The notes beneath the pieces were generated by a model. The model was not told the origin of the DNA. It did not search any database and saw only the letters and a program-made list of their open reading frames with translations. DNA of 64,000 nucleotides from Allosphingosinicella sp. (GTDB taxonomy: Bacteria; Pseudomonadota; Alphaproteobacteria; Sphingomonadales; Sphingomonadaceae), in contig DASVSZ010000030.1 of NCBI GenBank assembly GCA_036387855.1, forward strand, positions 802 through 64,801. Direction: 5' to 3'. Below are positions 59,781 through 64,000 of this stretch, one piece after another. Both the position numbers and the translations under genes were made by a program. Position 1 is the first letter of the stretch, and every line of letters begins with the position of its first letter.

Positions 59781-60503
59781 ATGGCGCGCGTTGCAGTGGT
59801 GACCGGCGGAACCAGAGGCATAGGCGAGGCGATCAGCCTCGCGCTCCAGGAAGCGGGCGTGACCGTCGCGGCCAATTATGCCGGCAACGATCAAAAGGCG
59901 CAGGATTTCACGGCCCGCACCGGCATCAAATCCTACAAATGGGATGTGTCGGATTACGACGCCTGCATGGCCGGCGTTCAACAGGTCGAGGCCGAACTTG
60001 GCCCGGTCGACGTGCTGGTCAACAATGCCGGCATCACCCGCGACGGCACAATGAAGCGCATGACTCGCCAGGCGTGGGACGACGTCATCGACGTCAATCT
60101 CGGCGGCTGCTTCAACATGGCCAAGGCGGTGTTCGACGGGATGACAAGTCGCAAGTTTGGCCGGATCGTCAACATCGGCTCGATCAATGGCCAGGCCGGC
60201 CAATATGGCCAGGTCAACTACGCGGCCGCCAAATCGGGAATTCACGGCTTCACCAAGGCGCTCGCCCAGGAAGGCGCGCGCGCCGGCATCACCGTCAACG
60301 CGATCGCGCCCGGCTATATCGATACGGAGATGGTCGCGGCCGTGCCGGAGGATGTGCTGGGCAAGATCGTCGCCCGCATCCCCGTCGGCCGCCTCGGGCG
60401 CGCCGACGAGATCGCCCGCGGCGTGCTGTTCCTGTGCGGGGAGGATGCTGGGTTCATCACCGGATCAACGCTCAGCATCAATGGTGGTCAACACATGTAC
60501 TGA
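59781..60503 (+). CDS. phbB: Acetoacetyl-CoA reductase
   Basis: TGGTRGIG, NNAGITRD, SINGQAGQYGQVNYAAAK, SINGGQHM. Confidence 0.93.
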   Translation: MARVAVVTGGTRGIGEAISLALQEAGVTVAANYAGNDQKAQDFTARTGIKSYKWDVSDYDACMAGVQQVEAELGPVDVLVNNAGITRDGTMKRMTRQAWDDVIDVNLGGCFNMAKAVFDGMTSRKFGRIVNIGSINGQAGQYGQVNYAAAKSGIHGFTKALAQEGARAGITVNAIAPGYIDTEMVAAVPEDVLGKIVARIPVGRLGRADEIARGVLFLCGEDAGFITGSTLSINGGQHMY

Positions 60504-60532
60504 CGGCGGTGGGCTGGAACCAACCCAAGCTA

Positions 60533-60616
60533 GTCATGCCGGACTTGATCCGGCACCCACCTTCTTGTGACCTCGGAGAGAGGAGCAGGTGGGCCCCGAA
60601 TCAAGTCCGGGGTGAC
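60533..60616. repeat. REP-like doublet, family B
   Basis: GTCATGCCGGACTTGATCCGGCA ... CCCCGAATCAAGTCCGGGGTGAC. Confidence 0.88.
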
Positions 60617-60618
60617 GA

Positions 60619-60915
60619 ATGGGAGTGAGCGGTCAACGGCCTCTCTCCGGTCCCGTCAAACGCTCCGTCATGATTGCAGGCCACGCCACCTCGATCAGCC
60701 TGGAGCCGATCTTCTGGGCCGCCCTTCGCGATGCCGCCGCGGCCGAGAACCTCCCGCTGAACGCCCTCGTCGCCCGCATCGATGCCGATCGGGTGGAAGC
60801 GAAGAGCCCGCCCAACCTCGGCAGCGCGATCCGCGTCTGGCTGTTCGAACGCGCGCTCGCCTCCGGCGCGAGCGCGGAGACTTCGAACACTTTGATCGTT
60901 GGGCAAGGCGAATAG
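60619..60915 (+). CDS. Ribbon-helix-helix domain protein (RHH_4)
   Basis: KRSVMIAGHATSISLEPIFW, NLGSAIRV. Confidence 0.88.
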   Translation: MGVSGQRPLSGPVKRSVMIAGHATSISLEPIFWAALRDAAAAENLPLNALVARIDADRVEAKSPPNLGSAIRVWLFERALASGASAETSNTLIVGQGE

Positions 60916-60930
60916 CCGAAAGGACGTTTC

Positions 60931-61140
60931 ATGACTCAGGAATTCAAGTCGGGTGACAAGGTGAAGTGGAAAAGCCATGGCGGCGAGGCGCATGGCCATG
61001 TCGAGAAGAAGATCACCTCCGACATGAAGATCAAGTCGCACCAGGTCCGCGCGTCCGAGGACGATCCGCAATATCTGGTCAAATCCGACAGCGGCAGCGG
61101 CGAAGCCGCGCACAAACCCGACGCGCTCACGAAAGAGTAG
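60931..61140 (+). CDS. DUF2945 (Hva1 TUDOR-like) protein
   Basis: GDKVKW, ASEDDPQYLVKSD, AAHKPDAL. Confidence 0.88.
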   Translation: MTQEFKSGDKVKWKSHGGEAHGHVEKKITSDMKIKSHQVRASEDDPQYLVKSDSGSGEAAHKPDALTKE

Positions 61141-61142
61141 CC

Positions 61143-61208
61143 GTGCTCCTGCGCAAGCAGGAGCCCAGCTCAGTCGGCGGTTCTGGGCTCCTGCTTTCGC
61201 AGGAGCAC
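61143..61208. repeat. REPIN-like doublet, family A
   Basis: GTGCTCCTGCGCAAGCAGGAGCCCAG ... CTGGGCTCCTGCTTTCGCAGGAGCAC. Confidence 0.92.
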
Positions 61209-61240
61209 GAAAACGGCGATCAGCGCCAGCCGGCTAAATG

Positions 61241-62137
61241 TCACTTCTGCAGGGTGAGCGTCGGCCAATCGCCATGCTCGACGGCAAAGGCGGGCGTCAT
61301 ACCCTGATGGCGATAGGCGGCGAGCACCGCTTCGGCTTGCGTCTTCAACAAGCCCGCCAGGATCAGGTGCCCGCCTGCTCCGACCGCTCCGGCCAGCGAT
61401 GGCGCAAGCTCGATCAGCGGCGCCGCGAGGATGTTGGCGATCAGCAGATCGTAAGGGGCGCGGTCGCGAAGCCGGAGGTGATCCACTCCCGGAGCGACCA
61501 CCAGCTCGAATTGGCCGCGGGCGCGTCCGATCGGCACGGCATTGATCGCCGCATTCTCGGCGGCGACCTCGATCGCGACCGGGTCGATGTCGCTGGCGAC
61601 CGCTTGTGCCGCCGGCCACAGCCGCAGCGCGGCAAAGGCGAGCAGGCCGGTGCCGGTGCCGATATCGGCGATGTTGTTGAAGCTTGCGCCGTCATCCTTG
61701 AGCCGGGTCAGCGCGACCAGGCAGCCGCTGGTCGTCTCATGCTGGCCGGTCCCGAACGCCCGGCCCGCGTCGATCTCCAGCGCGATCGTGTCCGCGGGAA
61801 CCTTGTCGCGGTGCGCCGGCGTGTGGACGAAGAAGCGGCCTGCCCGGATCGGCTCCAGCCCCTGCTGACTGAGCGTGACCCAATCCTGCTCGTCGAGCCG
61901 CCCAATCGCCGGCTCCACCGTAGCGGCGCTCGGCACAAGCGAGCGGATCACGGCCACCACCGCCGGCTCCGGCTCATTCTCGAAATAGGCGTCCAACCGC
62001 CATTCGTCCGGCCGGTCCGGGTCGGGTTCGCTGGTCATCAGCACCGGCGGGGTCTCGAACTGGTCGAGCACCGGCAGATCGCCCGCAATTGCTTCCGCTT
62101 CGGCCCGGGTGCAGGGCAGCGACAGCTTCCAGCTCAT
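61241..62137 (-). CDS. prmA: Ribosomal protein L11 methyltransferase
   Basis: AFGTGQHETT, DIGTGTGLL, ANILA. Confidence 0.94.
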   Translation of the reverse strand: MSWKLSLPCTRAEAEAIAGDLPVLDQFETPPVLMTSEPDPDRPDEWRLDAYFENEPEPAVVAVIRSLVPSAATVEPAIGRLDEQDWVTLSQQGLEPIRAGRFFVHTPAHRDKVPADTIALEIDAGRAFGTGQHETTSGCLVALTRLKDDGASFNNIADIGTGTGLLAFAALRLWPAAQAVASDIDPVAIEVAAENAAINAVPIGRARGQFELVVAPGVDHLRLRDRAPYDLLIANILAAPLIELAPSLAGAVGAGGHLILAGLLKTQAEAVLAAYRHQGMTPAFAVEHGDWPTLTLQK

Positions 62138-63030
62138 CGCGCCCGCTCGCGCGCCAGCCGTTCATCGAGCCGCTTGGCGGCGCCCGCGGCGTAAGCTGCG
62201 CATGCGCCATGATCGACCAGGGCGGCTTGCCCGGCCAGCCGCGCGAACAGGTTGCTGGCCGACGGATGCGGCGTGATCAGCACGTCGCATTCCAGCCTCG
62301 CCACGCGATCGAACGTGGTTCGAAACGGCGCCACCCGCCCCGGATGATCGGTGAAGCGATAAGTGTCCGACGATACGGCGCTGAGGCTGTCGGCGAACGC
62401 GATCCGGTAACAGGTGCGTTCCTCGCACGACCGCCATGTCCAGCTTGTGCCGCCGTCGGTATGGCCCGGCGTGGCATGTGCCGCCAGGGCGAACGCGCCG
62501 AGCCGGACGGTTTCGCCGTCCGCGACCACCTTCCCCACCCGCACCCCGGGAAAGTCGGCGATCACGCCGGCCTGGGGATCGGCCGCATCGGTCTTGCCGC
62601 TTTCGAGCGCAGTCCTGGCTGCCGCGCGCGCAACCATGACCGCGCCGCTCATCCGCTGCAACGCCGCCAGCCCGCCGGCATGATCGACATGCTCGTGGCT
62701 GTTGAGCAGGTAGCCCACGTCCGTCACGCGAAAGCCGAGCCGGGCGATGTTGGCGGCGATCAAAGGTGCCGCATCGGGCGGCCCACCGTCGATCAACACA
62801 TGACCCTGCCGGGAGGTGACCAGCAACGCCGTGATCCCACAGGTGCCGACGAAGTAGACATTGGCGACGATCTTCGCCGGCGGCGCCGGGTCGCTCCACC
62901 CGTCCCGCCCGGCGCAGGCCGTCGCCAACTCGCCGCCGGCCGCCGGACTGCTTAGGGTCGCCGGGGGCTGCGGCATGGCGCAAGCCCCGGCCAGCAAAAT
63001 GCAGCCGAGCGCGGCGGCTTTACCGAACAT
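62134..63030 (-). CDS. bla: Subclass B3 metallo-beta-lactamase, probable lipoprotein
   Basis: YFVGTCG, SHEHVDHAGG (HxHxDH), TPGHT, LITPHP; lipobox LAGAC. Confidence 0.9.
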   Translation of the reverse strand: MFGKAAALGCILLAGACAMPQPPATLSSPAAGGELATACAGRDGWSDPAPPAKIVANVYFVGTCGITALLVTSRQGHVLIDGGPPDAAPLIAANIARLGFRVTDVGYLLNSHEHVDHAGGLAALQRMSGAVMVARAAARTALESGKTDAADPQAGVIADFPGVRVGKVVADGETVRLGAFALAAHATPGHTDGGTSWTWRSCEERTCYRIAFADSLSAVSSDTYRFTDHPGRVAPFRTTFDRVARLECDVLITPHPSASNLFARLAGQAALVDHGACAAYAAGAAKRLDERLARERAR

Positions 63031-63718
63031 AGCTGGCGCCATTCACGTCGATCACCGCGCCAGTCGCGGAAGCGGGCGCGTCGAGGGCCAGCCACCTCAC
63101 CGTCTCCGCAACCTCCTCGACCGACGCGACCCGGCCGAGCGGGATGTCGGCCAGCAGCTTGTCGCCGCCGCGGCTCGCCAGATAATTGTCCGCCATGCCG
63201 GTCATCGTGAAGCCGGGGCAGACCGCGAAGGCGAGGATTTCTTCCGCCGCATAGCCGCGCGCGATCGACTTGGTCATGCCGATCATGCCCGCCTTCGAGG
63301 CCGCATAATGCCAATGCCGGGGCGAATCGCCGCGATAGGCCGCGCGGCTCGAGACGTTGACGATGCGCCCGCCGCCATTCTCCCGGAAATGGAGAACCGC
63401 CAGCCGGCAAAGCGCGGCGGACGCGGTCAGGTTGATCTGCATCGTGCGCTCCCAGCCGGCGAGCCAGCCGGCATCGTCCCCCTCGATCGGCGCGGCTTCG
63501 AACAGGCCGGCATTGTTGACCAGCACGTCGATCCGCCGGTCCAGCCGGGCGACCGCTTCCCACCACAAGGCGGTGACCTGCTCGGGATCGGCGAGATCGG
63601 CGGCGAGTGCATTACCACCGCCGCGCGTCGAATGCCCGACCGCATTGTGCCCCGCCAATGCGGACAGGATCGCCGCGCCGATGCCGCGGCTGGTGCCGGT
63701 AACCAGGATGTTCGCCAT
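63020..63718 (-). CDS. SDR family oxidoreductase
   Basis: TGTSRGIG, NNAG, YAASK. Confidence 0.9.
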   Translation of the reverse strand: MANILVTGTSRGIGAAILSALAGHNAVGHSTRGGGNALAADLADPEQVTALWWEAVARLDRRIDVLVNNAGLFEAAPIEGDDAGWLAGWERTMQINLTASAALCRLAVLHFRENGGGRIVNVSSRAAYRGDSPRHWHYAASKAGMIGMTKSIARGYAAEEILAFAVCPGFTMTGMADNYLASRGGDKLLADIPLGRVASVEEVAETVRWLALDAPASATGAVIDVNGASYVR

Positions 63719-63840
63719 GGCGCGCGATTAGCGCCCGGCGCTCGACGTGGAAAGCGGCCAGTCCGGCACGCTTCACGGCGTTGCAAAGTTGCGGCGGCGG
63801 TATAGATACGGGCCAGCCTGTCCCGGGGGACCCACGACCC

Positions 63841-64000
63841 ATGCACCGCAATCCGTCGCGCCCGATGTCGCCGCACCTCACCATCTGGAAATGGGGGCCG
63901 CACATGCTCGTCTCCATCCTGCACCGAGCGACCGGCGCGGGGCTTGCGGTGGTCGGCGGCGGCGTCCTCGTCTGGTGGCTGGTTGCGCTGGCGAGCGGCG
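63841..64000 (+). CDS. sdhC: Succinate dehydrogenase cytochrome b556 subunit (partial)
   Basis: RPMSPHLTIWKW...SILHRATG. Confidence 0.92.
   Translation, partial: MHRNPSRPMSPHLTIWKWGPHMLVSILHRATGAGLAVVGGGVLVWWLVALASG

Overview
GC-rich alphaproteobacterial chromosome segment; gene order and repeats are typical of Sphingomonadaceae. It is mostly housekeeping: recJ, queG, recQ, tldD, nadB, polA, purH, rpe, gpsA, tsaD, hemC/D/H, mlaEFD, pgeF, lgt, phbB, prmA, the start of sdhC and tRNA-Glu. Accessory or regulatory items are a bphO-bacteriophytochrome (HWE kinase-REC) pair, a compositionally atypical PAS-GGDEF gene, two type II toxin-antitoxin modules, a subclass B3 metallo-beta-lactamase and several general-stress-type genes with EcfG-like promoters. 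No integrase, transposase, prophage or CRISPR array is visible. The most notable signal is a dense set of about 16 palindromic REP/REPIN-like elements from about 7 sequence families. One sits in frame inside a secreted alpha/beta hydrolase gene, a relative may be translated as an N-terminal extension of RecQ, and another appears to supply the nadB ribosome-binding site. hemD appears to have lost its canonical start codon. All calls come from motif recognition by eye; no searches were run.
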